Assembly: GCA_025055635.1 (NCBI GenBank)
Contig: JANWWQ010000006.1
Location: 1,116 to 65,115, forward strand
Source of the DNA: Flavobacteriales bacterium
GTDB lineage: Bacteria; Bacteroidota; Bacteroidia; CAIKAF01
Direction: 5' to 3'
Length of the DNA: 64,000 nt
Made by a program: the position numbers and the translations under genes. Below are positions 48,496 to 58,602 of the stretch, in pieces (the stretch's first letter is position 1; every line of letters begins with the position of its first letter). The notes beneath the pieces are model-generated. The model had not been told where the DNA came from. It made no database searches and saw nothing but the letters and a program-made list of their open reading frames with translations.

Positions 48496-49935
48496 ATGAA
48501 TGTGGGTGGGTTCCGAAAAGTACTGGCAATTTTAGGCTTTCTAGGGATTGGGCCCATTGACCTGGTGGGACAATATTCAGCCCTCATCCAAAAGCTCACA
48601 TCAGACCGCCGGCTTGCGGGTGCTTCCTGGGCCATTTCCGTGGTGCGGTGCAGTGACGGGAAGACCCTCCTTTCTCACAACGCCGACCTTTGGCTGGTGC
48701 CGGCTTCCGTGCAGAAAATTCTCACCACGGCCGCAGCTCTGGAACTTCTGGGTCCCTACCACCGCTTTACTTCGCATTTTTATCTCAAGGATGAAAGGGC
48801 CCATGGCAACCTCTGGCAGGCCACCCTCTTAGTGGACCCCCACCTTAATCCTGCGTTCGGATCCGCTCTGTGGAAAGAGACGAGTCCCGATAGCATCTTC
48901 AGAAGCTTGGCCTTTCACCTGCGCAAGCTTGGACTGGAACCTCTCTGCCTGCGGGTAGTGCCCCTTGTGGCCACGACCGAAGCCTATAATCTGCCTGATT
49001 TCTGGTATCTGGAAGATGTCCTGTTCAAATATGGTACATGGCCAACGCCCTTTGTGTACAAGGAAAACAGTGCAGTCCTTTCCCTTCAGAAAGTGAAAGA
49101 CAGAATAGAAGTGCGGTACAATGGAAGTAGTGATATACCGGATTGGATTGAATTGAATGTGGTTCCAAAAAGTCCCTCCCAAAACATAGCTAAGGCAAGA
49201 CTGGTGGTGAAGGAAAATGAAATCAAATGGAATTATCAATTTAATATTCAGAAAATACGAGACTCCTTTCGGTTAAAAATACCCGATCTGGAGCCCCAAA
49301 AAACTTTTTTTAAGGAATTGAGAGCATTCTTAGAAAAAGAATTTGTAAGTGGAGAAGATTGCTTTGAATTTTCCTACGAAGAGGATATTTTTCAGTTAGG
49401 CAGGCATTTGCTCAGGGTGGAAGGACCCACGGTCAAGGAACTGGATTCCGTGATAAACCATGAATCCCACAATTTTTTTACTGAAATGTTGCTGCGGAAC
49501 CTTTTTCCCCAACACGTTTCTTATTCTGCTAAATTGGAAGCTCTCCAAACTTTCTGGCAGGAACGCACTGGTATCAGGCCTATGTTGAGCGACGCCTGCG
49601 GGCTGAGCCGCAGTAACCTCCTTTCGTGCAATTTAATTACTTCTGTACTTAGATATATGTATCAATCAGAGTGGTTTCAAGCATTTTATTCTTCCCTTCC
49701 CATTTGGGGTGTTTCCGGGACGCTAAAAGACTTGGGAGGCGGTCGCGAAAAAGCCTACCACAATGTGCGTGCAAAAAGCGGGTCTATGCGCCGAATTGCA
49801 GGTTATGCGGGGTATATCTTTCATCCCCAAGAGGGCATGCTGTGTTTTGCTCTTTTAATTAATAATTATATATCCGATTATAAAGAAATCAAGGAATTGG
49901 GAAATGAAATAATCAATCATTTTTTTTCAAATTAA
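48496..49935 (+). CDS. dacB: D-alanyl-D-alanine carboxypeptidase/endopeptidase (PBP4, S13 family).
   Basis: SxxK PASVQKIL, an SxN-like segment, and KSGS (KTG box), with the PBP4 domain insertion. First ATG at 48496. Confidence 0.75.
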   Translation: MNVGGFRKVLAILGFLGIGPIDLVGQYSALIQKLTSDRRLAGASWAISVVRCSDGKTLLSHNADLWLVPASVQKILTTAAALELLGPYHRFTSHFYLKDERAHGNLWQATLLVDPHLNPAFGSALWKETSPDSIFRSLAFHLRKLGLEPLCLRVVPLVATTEAYNLPDFWYLEDVLFKYGTWPTPFVYKENSAVLSLQKVKDRIEVRYNGSSDIPDWIELNVVPKSPSQNIAKARLVVKENEIKWNYQFNIQKIRDSFRLKIPDLEPQKTFFKELRAFLEKEFVSGEDCFEFSYEEDIFQLGRHLLRVEGPTVKELDSVINHESHNFFTEMLLRNLFPQHVSYSAKLEALQTFWQERTGIRPMLSDACGLSRSNLLSCNLITSVLRYMYQSEWFQAFYSSLPIWGVSGTLKDLGGGREKAYHNVRAKSGSMRRIAGYAGYIFHPQEGMLCFALLINNYISDYKEIKELGNEIINHFFSN

Positions 49936-50189
49936 AAAACCTTTTACAGGAAATCTGGTCTGTCCAGAATCCTTAATATTGTTGGATCGCAAAATGAGTC
50001 TTTGTGAAAAAATTAATTTTTCGTTCCGATACAAAAAGTGTAGGGCTTTTAATATCTAAGATTTGCTTAAGAAATAATGATCGTAAGATTTTCCCCTTAC
50101 ACCGTGTTAACTGTTAAAGGATTGAGGCCAAACTGAAGTTTTCAGAATTTCTAAGAAATAATTAAGTTGCGCACGGTTAAACCACCAAA

Positions 50190-51197
50190 ATGGCACCCAC
50201 CACTGTTGAGGCACGCAGAACCGTAGCCCTTACAGGAGCTTCTGGGCATTTGGGCCGGGCGCTCATAGAAGATCTCTTAAGACGGGGTTTCAACGTACGG
50301 ATATTGGTGCACAAAACACCCGTTCACGGCACACTGCCTAGCGAAGTCCAAATTTTTTATGGCAGCATATTGAGCCCGGAAAGTCTGAGCCCCTTTTTGA
50401 GGGATTGTGATTACCTTATTCATAGTGCCGCTCTCATTTCTCTTGACGGGGATAAAGGGGGACGCGTGCAGGCTGTTAATGTGGAAGGAACGCGTCATGT
50501 CCTGGATTGTGCCCTGCGCAATGGCGTGCGGAAGGTAATCCACGTGTCATCGATCCATGCCTTTAATTCCCGCCCTTGCCGAAAGCCATTGAATGAGGAG
50601 AGAGATTTATGTCCGCCGCGTTCTTCGGCTTATGATATATCTAAGCGGAGGTCTCAGGAGCTGGCACTATCCTATGTGGAGAAAGGCCTAAATGTGAGCG
50701 TGGTGTGCCCCACATCGCTGATAGGTCCTCCGGACTATGGTCCTTCCCCTCAGGGTAAGGCTTTGCTGGATATTGTAAAAGGAAAAGTACCGGCCGTTTT
50801 TCCGGGAGGGTATGATTTTCTGGATGTCCGGGACGCAGCCCATGCTATCGTTAATGCACTCACTCAGGCTATGGCCGGGCAAGCTTACATACTCTCTGGT
50901 GAATACGTCACTATACGGCAGCTTGTAGAATGGGTCCACGAATTTTCAGGAAGGCGTAAGTTGATACCAACTATTCCTTTTATAGCTGGATACACATTAT
51001 TGCCTTTTTTGGGCCTGTGGAGTAAGCTGAACCGTTCCCAAATCCGTTTTACACGCGAAATTTTGAAAACCCTTCAACACAGTCCTCGGCTCGTGGATTC
51101 TTCAAAAGCCAGAAAGGAGCTTGGGCTACAACCGAGGCCCATCAGAGAAAGTGTGCACGACACCCTTAAATGGTTTCTGGAAAATAACCTAATGTAA
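50190..51197 (+). CDS. Extended-SDR NAD(P)-dependent epimerase/dehydrogenase (3beta-hydroxysteroid dehydrogenase/isomerase-like).
   Basis: Rossmann motif TGASGHLG, catalytic YDISK (YxxxK), and 335 aa with a C-terminal substrate domain. Confidence 0.7.
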   Translation: MAPTTVEARRTVALTGASGHLGRALIEDLLRRGFNVRILVHKTPVHGTLPSEVQIFYGSILSPESLSPFLRDCDYLIHSAALISLDGDKGGRVQAVNVEGTRHVLDCALRNGVRKVIHVSSIHAFNSRPCRKPLNEERDLCPPRSSAYDISKRRSQELALSYVEKGLNVSVVCPTSLIGPPDYGPSPQGKALLDIVKGKVPAVFPGGYDFLDVRDAAHAIVNALTQAMAGQAYILSGEYVTIRQLVEWVHEFSGRRKLIPTIPFIAGYTLLPFLGLWSKLNRSQIRFTREILKTLQHSPRLVDSSKARKELGLQPRPIRESVHDTLKWFLENNLM

Positions 51198-51239
51198 TTG
51201 TAAATATCTAGGTTTGCCCGAAGTAAATTGTACGTTTTT

Positions 51240-51995
51240 ATGGAATGGAATAATTACAAATTAATAACATTTATCTGGCTTGTTTTAGGGGTAGGCATTT
51301 TTTTTCTACTGCTTAAAATACCAGCCCCCTATGGCCGACATGCACGTCCGGGATGGGGACACAAGATAAACTCTCGGTGGGGTTTTTTTATCATGGAAAT
51401 TGTGGTATTCCTTACATTAGGTGGGTGGTTGTGGCCTGTATTGGGCAACCTCTCCTTCGTCTCCTGGACTTTGTTATCTTTTTTTTGCTTACATTATTTT
51501 CACAGAACTTTTATTTTCCCGTTCCGCCTTCAGGTGAGGGGTAAAAAAATGCCTCTCTCCGTCATTCTAATGGGAGTGGCTTTTAATATCATTAATGGAT
51601 CGCTGTTTGGAATTTACTTTAAGCAATATGCCGATTATTCATGGGATTGGCTTCGTGATCCCCGCTTTTTGAGTGGAACTCTGATTTTTTTCATTGGGAT
51701 GCTCATAAACTGGAGAGCTGACTATTATCTCATAAGCCTTCGTAAATCTAACAGTTCTGAGTATAAGATACCACGGGGCTGGTTATTTGAATATGTGAGT
51801 TGTCCTAATTTACTTGGAGAAATTATTGAATGGGTGGGTTATGCCCTCCTCACCTGGAGCTTGCCCGGATTGGTTTTTAGTATCTGGACGGCAGCCAACC
51901 TGATTCCTCGCGCTCTTGCTCACCATAGATGGTACCTGAAAACTTTTCCGGATTATCCCCCGCAGCGTTGGGCCATCATTCCTTTTCTTTGGTAG
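51240..51995 (+). CDS. 3-oxo-5-alpha-steroid 4-dehydrogenase (steroid 5-alpha-reductase / polyprenol-reductase) family membrane protein.
   Basis: N-terminal PAPYGRHA motif, about 6 TMs, and the C-terminal conserved block EYVSCPNLLGEIIEWVGYALLTW…PRALAHHRWYLKTF typical of the SRD5A/DUF1295 reductase fold. Confidence 0.65.
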   Translation: MEWNNYKLITFIWLVLGVGIFFLLLKIPAPYGRHARPGWGHKINSRWGFFIMEIVVFLTLGGWLWPVLGNLSFVSWTLLSFFCLHYFHRTFIFPFRLQVRGKKMPLSVILMGVAFNIINGSLFGIYFKQYADYSWDWLRDPRFLSGTLIFFIGMLINWRADYYLISLRKSNSSEYKIPRGWLFEYVSCPNLLGEIIEWVGYALLTWSLPGLVFSIWTAANLIPRALAHHRWYLKTFPDYPPQRWAIIPFLW

Positions 51996-52064
51996 CCAAT
52001 TCGTTAGAAGATTTAAAAATCTAACATACATTCTGCTTACTTTTGCCATTCACTTTTAAAATCT

Positions 52065-52445
52065 ATGAATTTTCCTGATAATCTGCTCTACTCTAGAGAC
52101 CATGAGTGGGTACGCTTTGAAGGAGATTTAGCTGTGGTGGGTATTACGGATTTTGCCCAAAGTGAATTGGGTGATATCGTTTTTGTGGATGTAAATACTG
52201 TAGGAAAGACGTTGGAAGCGGGCCAGGTATTTGGCACAGTAGAAGCTGTGAAAACTGTTTCCGATTTATTTATGCCTTTGGGAGGTGAAGTTGTTGAACG
52301 TAACGAGGCACTAGCTTCCAATGCCGAAGCTATTAACAAAGATCCCTACGGAGAAGGTTGGATTATCAAAATTAGACCCACGCCTCCTGTGGATACTTCT
52401 CATCTATTGGATGCCTCTAAATACCGGGCCCTTATAGGGCATTAA
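52065..52445 (+). CDS. gcvH: Glycine cleavage system H protein.
   Basis: [20 protein letters not shown] and lipoyl-Lys motif VEAVKTVSD. 126 aa. Confidence 0.9.
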   Translation: MNFPDNLLYSRDHEWVRFEGDLAVVGITDFAQSELGDIVFVDVNTVGKTLEAGQVFGTVEAVKTVSDLFMPLGGEVVERNEALASNAEAINKDPYGEGWIIKIRPTPPVDTSHLLDASKYRALIGH

Positions 52446-52461
52446 TGCCAACCGACAGTCC

Positions 52462-52848
52462 ATGCTGCAGTTAATGTGGCACCTCAGGTGGGCCTTTTTT
52501 TTAACGGCCCTAATTTGGTTTTTGTGTCTTGTGCCTCCGGAAGCTTTGGAAGTGCCAACCCTTATCAATGGAGACAAAGTATTTCATTTTTTCATCTTTG
52601 GCCTTTTGTGTCTTTTTATGATTTATGGATTGGTGCGGCAACAGCGATCGCGGCGCTTAAGGCACGGCGCCTATCTCTATGCCGTTGTGTACTGTGCCGT
52701 AAATGGTTTATTGATTGAGCTTGTGCAGCACTTTTTTGTGGTTAATCGCACCGGCGACTGGCTGGATTGGTTATTTGATACGACTGGAGCTCTGTTGTGT
52801 GGCTTGCTCTACTTTCCCCTGGCAGGAAAATCCTTGAAGCTAAGCTAA
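52462..52848 (+). CDS. VanZ-family small membrane protein.
   Basis: 128 aa with 4 TMs. DKVFHFFIFGLL and ELVQHF…R…DW…D motifs are typical of VanZ-like proteins. Confidence 0.55.
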   Translation: MLQLMWHLRWAFFLTALIWFLCLVPPEALEVPTLINGDKVFHFFIFGLLCLFMIYGLVRQQRSRRLRHGAYLYAVVYCAVNGLLIELVQHFFVVNRTGDWLDWLFDTTGALLCGLLYFPLAGKSLKLS

Positions 52849-53007
52849 ATTGTACTTAGAAAGACCCACTAAACCCAGAGTCCAAAAGATCGGGCTGAGA
52901 AGGGGCCTGCAGGGCCGCCCTTGAATGAGGGATGCCGAGATTGACCCTTGGACCGCCAGTTCTCAGGATCCGAGAGCAACAAGAAAAATAATTGGGTAAT
53001 AAAAAAC

Positions 53008-54204
53008 TCAAGATATAGGCTGAAGACTGGAAGCAATAAGTTGAAAATCTTCTTCGGTCATCGTGGGAAAGTTGCCGCAATAAAAACCGCAACGATCTAA
53101 TGTATCAGCACCTGGCAATGGGTATTCCGTGCCAATATATTTTTTATAATATGGCTGGGCACCCATATTACCGGCAATAAGAGGACGCACTTCAATACCA
53201 TTCTGAATGAAACGCTGGACGTAAGCATCGCGTAGTTCCTCCGATCGACATAGGAAAGAGAGGGAAAAAGCCGAGAGGAGCTTCATATGGCTGTAATCAA
53301 AGGGTATGAAGTCCGGATTGGACCGAACCCATTTTTCTACGCGCTGGAAATTTTCCTGCCGGCGCAAATAAGTTGATGCCACATGCTGCAGCTGAAGCAG
53401 TCCCAGGTAGGCTGTGATTTCTGTGGGTCTTACATTGTAAGCCGGATGGTAAAAAGTGTAGCGACTTTTGAATTCGGAGGAGATGCCATGGGCTTGACGG
53501 AGGGCTTGTTGGCGATGGGCCGGTAAATTACGGTCCCAGCCGTTGGCACGCACGATAAGCAACATCTCGGCCAGCTCGGGATCGTCAGTACATACCATGC
53601 CACCCTCAATAGTACTCATATGGTGAGCAACAAAAAAGGAAAATGTGGCAGCCAAACCGAAATTGCCTGCTTTACCTTCGGGTAACTCGGAGCCCATGGA
53701 TTCACAATTGTCCTCCAGAAAGATGATACCCCTTTGCTCACATAATTGGCGTATATTGTTCAAGTCGCCGGTGAATCCCAGGACGTTGGTAGCGAAAAAG
53801 GCTTTCATATCCGGCGCTTGTCGGAGGCGATCTTCCAGTTGGGCAGAATGGACATTCATGGTGGCCGGGTTGCAGTCAACAGGTACAGGCACAAAACCCA
53901 ATTGTTCAATAGGCATGGTATTGGTACTCCAGGTAAGGGCAGAAAAGCCAATTTTGTCGCCCGTTTTGAGGCGACCCAAATTTTTGAGGGCCTGGAGCAA
54001 GATCAGGTTAGCACTAGCACCGCTATTGACAAAAACAGAATAAGTACGTCCCTGATGTTGAGAAAAAGCCTCTTCAAAACGACGGCATTGCTCATCCATG
54101 CTAAGGCGGGGGGCGGTCAGGATAAATTCAGCAAGGGCTTTGCGCGTGGACTGTTCCTCAAGGAATGCGTAACGCATCAAAGGGAGCTTGAAGCTTGGCG
54201 GCAT
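53008..54204 (-). CDS. DegT/DnrJ/EryC1/StrS-family PLP/PMP enzyme with His replacing the Schiff-base Lys; predicted NDP-4-keto-6-deoxyhexose 3-dehydratase (ColD/E1(RfbH)-like) rather than an aminotransferase.
   Basis: The fold signature is VNSGASANLILLQAL…DNCESMG. The PLP-lysine position reads FSFFVAHHMSTIEGG, i.e. HH where aminotransferases have xK, as in ColD and AscC/E1. Confidence 0.6.
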   Translation of the reverse strand: MPPSFKLPLMRYAFLEEQSTRKALAEFILTAPRLSMDEQCRRFEEAFSQHQGRTYSVFVNSGASANLILLQALKNLGRLKTGDKIGFSALTWSTNTMPIEQLGFVPVPVDCNPATMNVHSAQLEDRLRQAPDMKAFFATNVLGFTGDLNNIRQLCEQRGIIFLEDNCESMGSELPEGKAGNFGLAATFSFFVAHHMSTIEGGMVCTDDPELAEMLLIVRANGWDRNLPAHRQQALRQAHGISSEFKSRYTFYHPAYNVRPTEITAYLGLLQLQHVASTYLRRQENFQRVEKWVRSNPDFIPFDYSHMKLLSAFSLSFLCRSEELRDAYVQRFIQNGIEVRPLIAGNMGAQPYYKKYIGTEYPLPGADTLDRCGFYCGNFPTMTEEDFQLIASSLQPIS

Positions 54205-54215
54205 TCAAAATAGGT

Positions 54216-54800
54216 TTAGGAGAGGCGGGCTGAAATCAGATTGAGAAATTCCTTACGGGTGGCTTCTTTTTCAAATTCTCCTGTGAAGGCCGATGTAGTA
54301 GTGACAGAATTCTGCTTATTGACACCCCGCATTTGCATACAAAGGTGGCGGGCTTCTATGACTACGGCAACACCGAGGGGCTGTAAGGCGTTGTGGATGC
54401 AATCGCGTATTTCACAGGTCAGGCGTTCCTGAACCTGTAAGCGACGGGCAAAGGCATCCACCACTCTGGGGATCTTACTCAACCCCACGATGCGTCCATG
54501 GGGAATATAGGCGACATGGGCCTTCCCAAAAAACGGAAGAAGGTGATGTTCACAGAGGGAATATATTTCAATATCTTTTACCACTACCATCTCGCTGTAA
54601 TCCTGCTTAAAGATAGCGGAGCGCAAGATGGTCTCCGGATTTTGACGGTAGCCCTGGGTGAGAAAATGAAAGGCCTTGGCCGCCCGTTCCGGGGTACGCA
54701 GAAGTCCTTCGCGGTCCGGATCCTCCCCGGCTTGGCGAAGTATTTCTCTATAAAGACGAGCGGTTTCGCGCAGGGTGGAAATAGAAAAATCAACTTCCAT
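54216..54800 (-). CDS. folE: GTP cyclohydrolase I (FolE type 1).
   Basis: [31 protein letters not shown] (Zn ligands CEHH). 194 aa. Confidence 0.9.
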   Translation of the reverse strand: MEVDFSISTLRETARLYREILRQAGEDPDREGLLRTPERAAKAFHFLTQGYRQNPETILRSAIFKQDYSEMVVVKDIEIYSLCEHHLLPFFGKAHVAYIPHGRIVGLSKIPRVVDAFARRLQVQERLTCEIRDCIHNALQPLGVAVVIEARHLCMQMRGVNKQNSVTTTSAFTGEFEKEATRKEFLNLISARLS

Positions 54801-54860
54801 GCTTCATGCTGCAAAGGAAAACACAAATCGTAAAGAAAACCTGCGCCCCCAATAATTTGT

Positions 54861-55763
54861 TCAAGGTTTTTCCGGAGGGAACAGGCCTTTTTCTACTGGT
54901 TTCTGGGTTCGGATGGGTCTATCCTTTGGATTACGAGCATCCACATCCTCCACGATTTCCCAGGTGCGCCCCTTGAGTTTTAAGCCATTATACGAACCAT
55001 CGGGGACGTAGAGAGAACTGTTTCCTCGCCCCGCCGGTGCCAGGGGTGTCAGGTGGTCGTAAACAATCATTCGGAGCCTCTCGTCCCAATTCAGGCGAAC
55101 GGAAGCCTCAGCATAATATTCCAATAAGAAACGGTGGTAGATTTTATTGCCGTGTTTGATAACGGGAGCGCCCCACTTCGGCCAACCTTTTTGATCAAAA
55201 TAGAGAGGGTCAGCCACTTTGATTCGGCTACGATTGTTGTGCATATTGAGGCCAAGCAATAAGTAACGTTTTCGGCCCATGGGCCGCACACCGTAGTAGA
55301 TGGCTCCAAACCAGTTAGAGGGGCCCAGAACGCGTTGCAAAGGATTTTGAATTTCGTGGGATTTATCGTTAAGCTGCCACACAACCCCTTTGGATCGTCC
55401 GCGAAGGAAAGTTTCCAGCAGGCCGAAGTGTTCGTAATGACCGTCAGAAAAGTGGACAGTGAAAGTGAGAGTTCTCCAACGTCCGTCGGGAGCGGCCAGG
55501 AAAGCGACGTTGGGGTAGGCCTCTGCCGGGTTTTGGGAGGATTTGGGATGGTCCTTTAAGCTCTGTTTCAGAGCTTCCAAAAGTTCATAGGCCTTGAGTC
55601 GTTTCAACGAATCGGGGTAGTCCGGATTGAGAAACCACTCTTTGTAATTTTTTCCGCCGTAGGGCTCTGTTTGCTGGCCTACCAACCTGCCACAGAGGGG
55701 ACCTGCCAGCACCATTCCCATAAACGTCGTAGCCATAACCGATTGCGTAGCCATTTTCTCCAT
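54861..55763 (-). CDS. Hypothetical secreted protein.
   Basis: 300 aa with an N-terminal signal-like hydrophobic stretch. No recognisable catalytic motif. Same strand and orientation as folE and the ColD-like gene. Confidence 0.45.
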   Translation of the reverse strand: MEKMATQSVMATTFMGMVLAGPLCGRLVGQQTEPYGGKNYKEWFLNPDYPDSLKRLKAYELLEALKQSLKDHPKSSQNPAEAYPNVAFLAAPDGRWRTLTFTVHFSDGHYEHFGLLETFLRGRSKGVVWQLNDKSHEIQNPLQRVLGPSNWFGAIYYGVRPMGRKRYLLLGLNMHNNRSRIKVADPLYFDQKGWPKWGAPVIKHGNKIYHRFLLEYYAEASVRLNWDERLRMIVYDHLTPLAPAGRGNSSLYVPDGSYNGLKLKGRTWEIVEDVDARNPKDRPIRTQKPVEKGLFPPEKP

Positions 55764-55877
55764 TCAACGCAGATATTAAAATAAATTGTTAAACCAACCG
55801 CGGCACTTTAGAGGTAGACGCTAAATAGAAGTAAATGCCGCACAGATTTTATAAATGTGAGGGGAAGAATGGAATAA

Positions 55878-57740
55878 TCAGGATTCCACCGGTTCCTGTT
55901 CCAAACGGAGATTTTCAATGATGAATTCCTGACGAGCGGGCGTGTTTTTGCCCATATAAAACTCCAGCAACTGGCGGATGGTGCTGTCTGTATCGGGAGC
56001 CACAGGTTCCAAGCGGATATCTTTGCCAATAAATTGACGAAATTCATCAGGGCTAATTTCCCCGAGACCTTTGAAGCGGGTGATTTCCGGATGGGGACCC
56101 AACTTACGGATGGCCTCCTGGCGCTCGGATTCCGTATAACAATAAATGGTTTGTTTTTTATTACGAACGCGGAATAAAGGTGTTTGCAGAATGTAGAGGT
56201 GGTTGGCTCTGACCAATTCTGGATAAAATTGAAGAAAAAATGTGATGAGTAAAAGCCGGATATGCATCCCATCCACATCGGCATCGGTTGCCAGCACGAT
56301 GTTGTTGTAGCGAAGGCCTTCCAAGCCTTCCTCAATATTCAAGGCATTGATGAGGAGGTTAAACTCTTCATTTTCGTACACGACCTTTTTGGAAAGCCCA
56401 TAGACGTTAAGGGGCTTGCCTTTAAGGGAAAAAACGGCCTGCACCGCCACGTCCCGAGCTTTGGTGATGGAACCGCTGGCTGAGTCACCCTCAGTAATGA
56501 AAAGAGTGGTTTCAAAACGGCGTTCGTGCTGGGAATTGTAATGTATTTTACAGTCGCGCAGTTTCTTATTGTGCAGGGCGCTACGGCGGGCACGCTCACG
56601 GGCCAGCTTTTTAATTCCGGCGATTTCCCGACGTTCTTTTTCGTTTTCAATGATCTTCTCCTGCAACGCTTCAGCAATATTCTTCTGGCGGTGCAGCAGG
56701 TTATCCAGTTCGATTTTCAGGAAGTCGCTCACGTAGCTACGGATGGTGGGGCCATCAGGCTCCATGTGGGTACTGCCCAGGCGGGTTTTTGTCTGGCTTT
56801 CAAAGACAGGTTCCACCACTTTGATGGCGATGGCGGCCACAATGCCGCTGCGCACATCTGAAGGATCGTAATCCTTTTTAAAATAATTGTTTACCGTGCG
56901 CACGAGTCCTTCCTTGAAAGCGGACTGATGTGTGCCGCCCTGAGGGGTAAACTGCCCGTTTACGAAGCTGTAATATTCCTCGCCGGAGCGATGGGTATGG
57001 GTAAAAGCCAGCTCAATGTCCCGTCCGCGCAAGTGCACGATGGGATAGAGGATATCATCTTCCGAAAGGTGGGCCTGTAAAAGGTCCAGCAAACCGTGAT
57101 CAGAGCGAAAATCTTCTCCATTCAGTCGGAGCGTGAGACCCGGATTTAACCAAGCGTAAAAACGGAGCATGCGTTCCAAATGTTCCCGGCGGTATTTGTA
57201 ATGGGGGAAAATTTCTTCGTCCGGCAGAAACTCCACCAGGGTACCTGACGGTTCGTGCGTAGGGGTGGGCTCACTTTCATGAATGAGAATGCCACGACTG
57301 AATTCCGCGGTTTTTGATAGACCGTCCCGAATGGATGTAATGCGAAATTGGCTTGAAAGGGCATTGACGGCCTTGGTACCCACACCATTCAGTCCTACGG
57401 CTTTTTTGAAGGCTTCTGTGTCGTATTTGGCGCCGGTATTAATCCGCGAAACGCAATCCACCAATTTCCCTAAAGGAATGCCTCGCCCATAATCCCGAAC
57501 TCTCACACGCCCTTCCCGCACCTCAATCTCAATGAGATTGCCGAAGCCCATGACATGCTCATCAATGGCGTTATCTATGACCTCTTTAAGTAGGATATAA
57601 ATGCCATCATCAGGAGCGGAGCCCTCACCGGTCTTTCCGATGTACATCCCAGGACGCAGCCGGATATGTTCGTTCCATTCCAGCGTGCGTATGTGTTCCT
57701 CTGTGTAGCGGGGGGAATGTGTGGAATTCAGATCCTGCAT
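55878..57740 (-). CDS. parE: Type IIA topoisomerase ATPase subunit; the length and lack of a GyrB insert favour topoisomerase IV ParE.
   Basis: GHKL ATPase ([15 protein letters not shown]), QTK loop, Toprim ([20 protein letters not shown]). 620 aa. Confidence 0.7.
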   Translation of the reverse strand: MQDLNSTHSPRYTEEHIRTLEWNEHIRLRPGMYIGKTGEGSAPDDGIYILLKEVIDNAIDEHVMGFGNLIEIEVREGRVRVRDYGRGIPLGKLVDCVSRINTGAKYDTEAFKKAVGLNGVGTKAVNALSSQFRITSIRDGLSKTAEFSRGILIHESEPTPTHEPSGTLVEFLPDEEIFPHYKYRREHLERMLRFYAWLNPGLTLRLNGEDFRSDHGLLDLLQAHLSEDDILYPIVHLRGRDIELAFTHTHRSGEEYYSFVNGQFTPQGGTHQSAFKEGLVRTVNNYFKKDYDPSDVRSGIVAAIAIKVVEPVFESQTKTRLGSTHMEPDGPTIRSYVSDFLKIELDNLLHRQKNIAEALQEKIIENEKERREIAGIKKLARERARRSALHNKKLRDCKIHYNSQHERRFETTLFITEGDSASGSITKARDVAVQAVFSLKGKPLNVYGLSKKVVYENEEFNLLINALNIEEGLEGLRYNNIVLATDADVDGMHIRLLLITFFLQFYPELVRANHLYILQTPLFRVRNKKQTIYCYTESERQEAIRKLGPHPEITRFKGLGEISPDEFRQFIGKDIRLEPVAPDTDSTIRQLLEFYMGKNTPARQEFIIENLRLEQEPVES

Positions 57741-57750
57741 CGCGCTTGGT

Positions 57751-58320
57751 TCAATCTAATGAACAAAAGTACGCCTCTGCCACAGGGCCATAGCAGGCAT
57801 GTTCCAGAGGTTTTATCAACAAGGCCAGTTGTTCGGCCGTGGTATTGTTTGGAATCGGAAGCTGGGCTTGAAATAATATGGGGCCTTTGTCATATTCCTC
57901 CGTTACAAGATGAATGCTTATACCGCTCCATCGTTCCCCCCCTTGCAAAACGGCCTTGTGAACATGCAAACCGTACATGCCTTGGCCTCCGTAACGGGGC
58001 AGCAGGGCAGGATGGATATTGAGTATCCGGCCATGGTACGCATGGACGACTTCAGAAGGCACGGGACGCAGATATCCTGCCAACAGATGACCACCAATCC
58101 CATAATCCCTGAAACGCCTTGCCAGAGCAGCACCGTCCAAGGAAGGATCGGGGTATACCCACACCTCCACATCCAAGTGCCGAGCCAATGCAACGACTGG
58201 CGCATGGCTTCGGCTAGTGATTAAGAGCGGCAACTGAATGGAGGGATGGCTGGCAAAGTATTGCCAGAGTTGAACGGCATTGGAGCCCTTACCAGAGGCC
58301 CAGATAGCGAGGCGGAACAT
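57751..58320 (-). CDS. purN: Phosphoribosylglycinamide formyltransferase.
   Basis: [27 protein letters not shown] and [17 protein letters not shown] motifs. 189 aa. Confidence 0.85.
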   Translation of the reverse strand: MFRLAIWASGKGSNAVQLWQYFASHPSIQLPLLITSRSHAPVVALARHLDVEVWVYPDPSLDGAALARRFRDYGIGGHLLAGYLRPVPSEVVHAYHGRILNIHPALLPRYGGQGMYGLHVHKAVLQGGERWSGISIHLVTEEYDKGPILFQAQLPIPNNTTAEQLALLIKPLEHACYGPVAEAYFCSLD

Positions 58321-58602
58321 AGTGCAATGATAAGGTGGACGGTAGTAAAGGGTACGGAATGGCCGAAAAATAGCTCTTTGAAGAACCCCGAGGAAGCAAT
58401 TTAAAAAGTCACCTTTTTGGGCCTGATTGAGCCATTGGGATGCAGTATTTGGACCGGCAGTCGGGATCCGGTGAGACCTCGTCCCCCGCTTTAGGTTTGC
58501 TGAGGACGGGCTAGGTCGGGCCTAAGAGGCATGCCCCGTAAAGAGATTCTTAATTCAGAAACCTACCCTTGAGGTGGGGAATGATGTTGGGGCTAAATAT
58601 GT

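Noticed and set aside
52856-53092. A 78-aa minus-strand ORF between vanZ and the ColD-like gene.
   Set aside because: It overlaps the last 28 codons of the ColD-like gene in another frame and shows no conservation features. It is probably non-coding 3' UTR.
58321-58602. A GC-rich structured region upstream of purN, examined as a possible ZTP (pfl) riboswitch because ZTP elements control purine formyltransferase genes.
   Set aside because: Reading the minus-strand RNA, the conserved ZTP elements (GGGUCGUGACUGGCG … CCACCGG … CCGCCUGGGCA with pseudoknot order) are not present. Only scrambled partial matches occur. The local hairpins are more simply explained as the ccp terminator plus the purN promoter.
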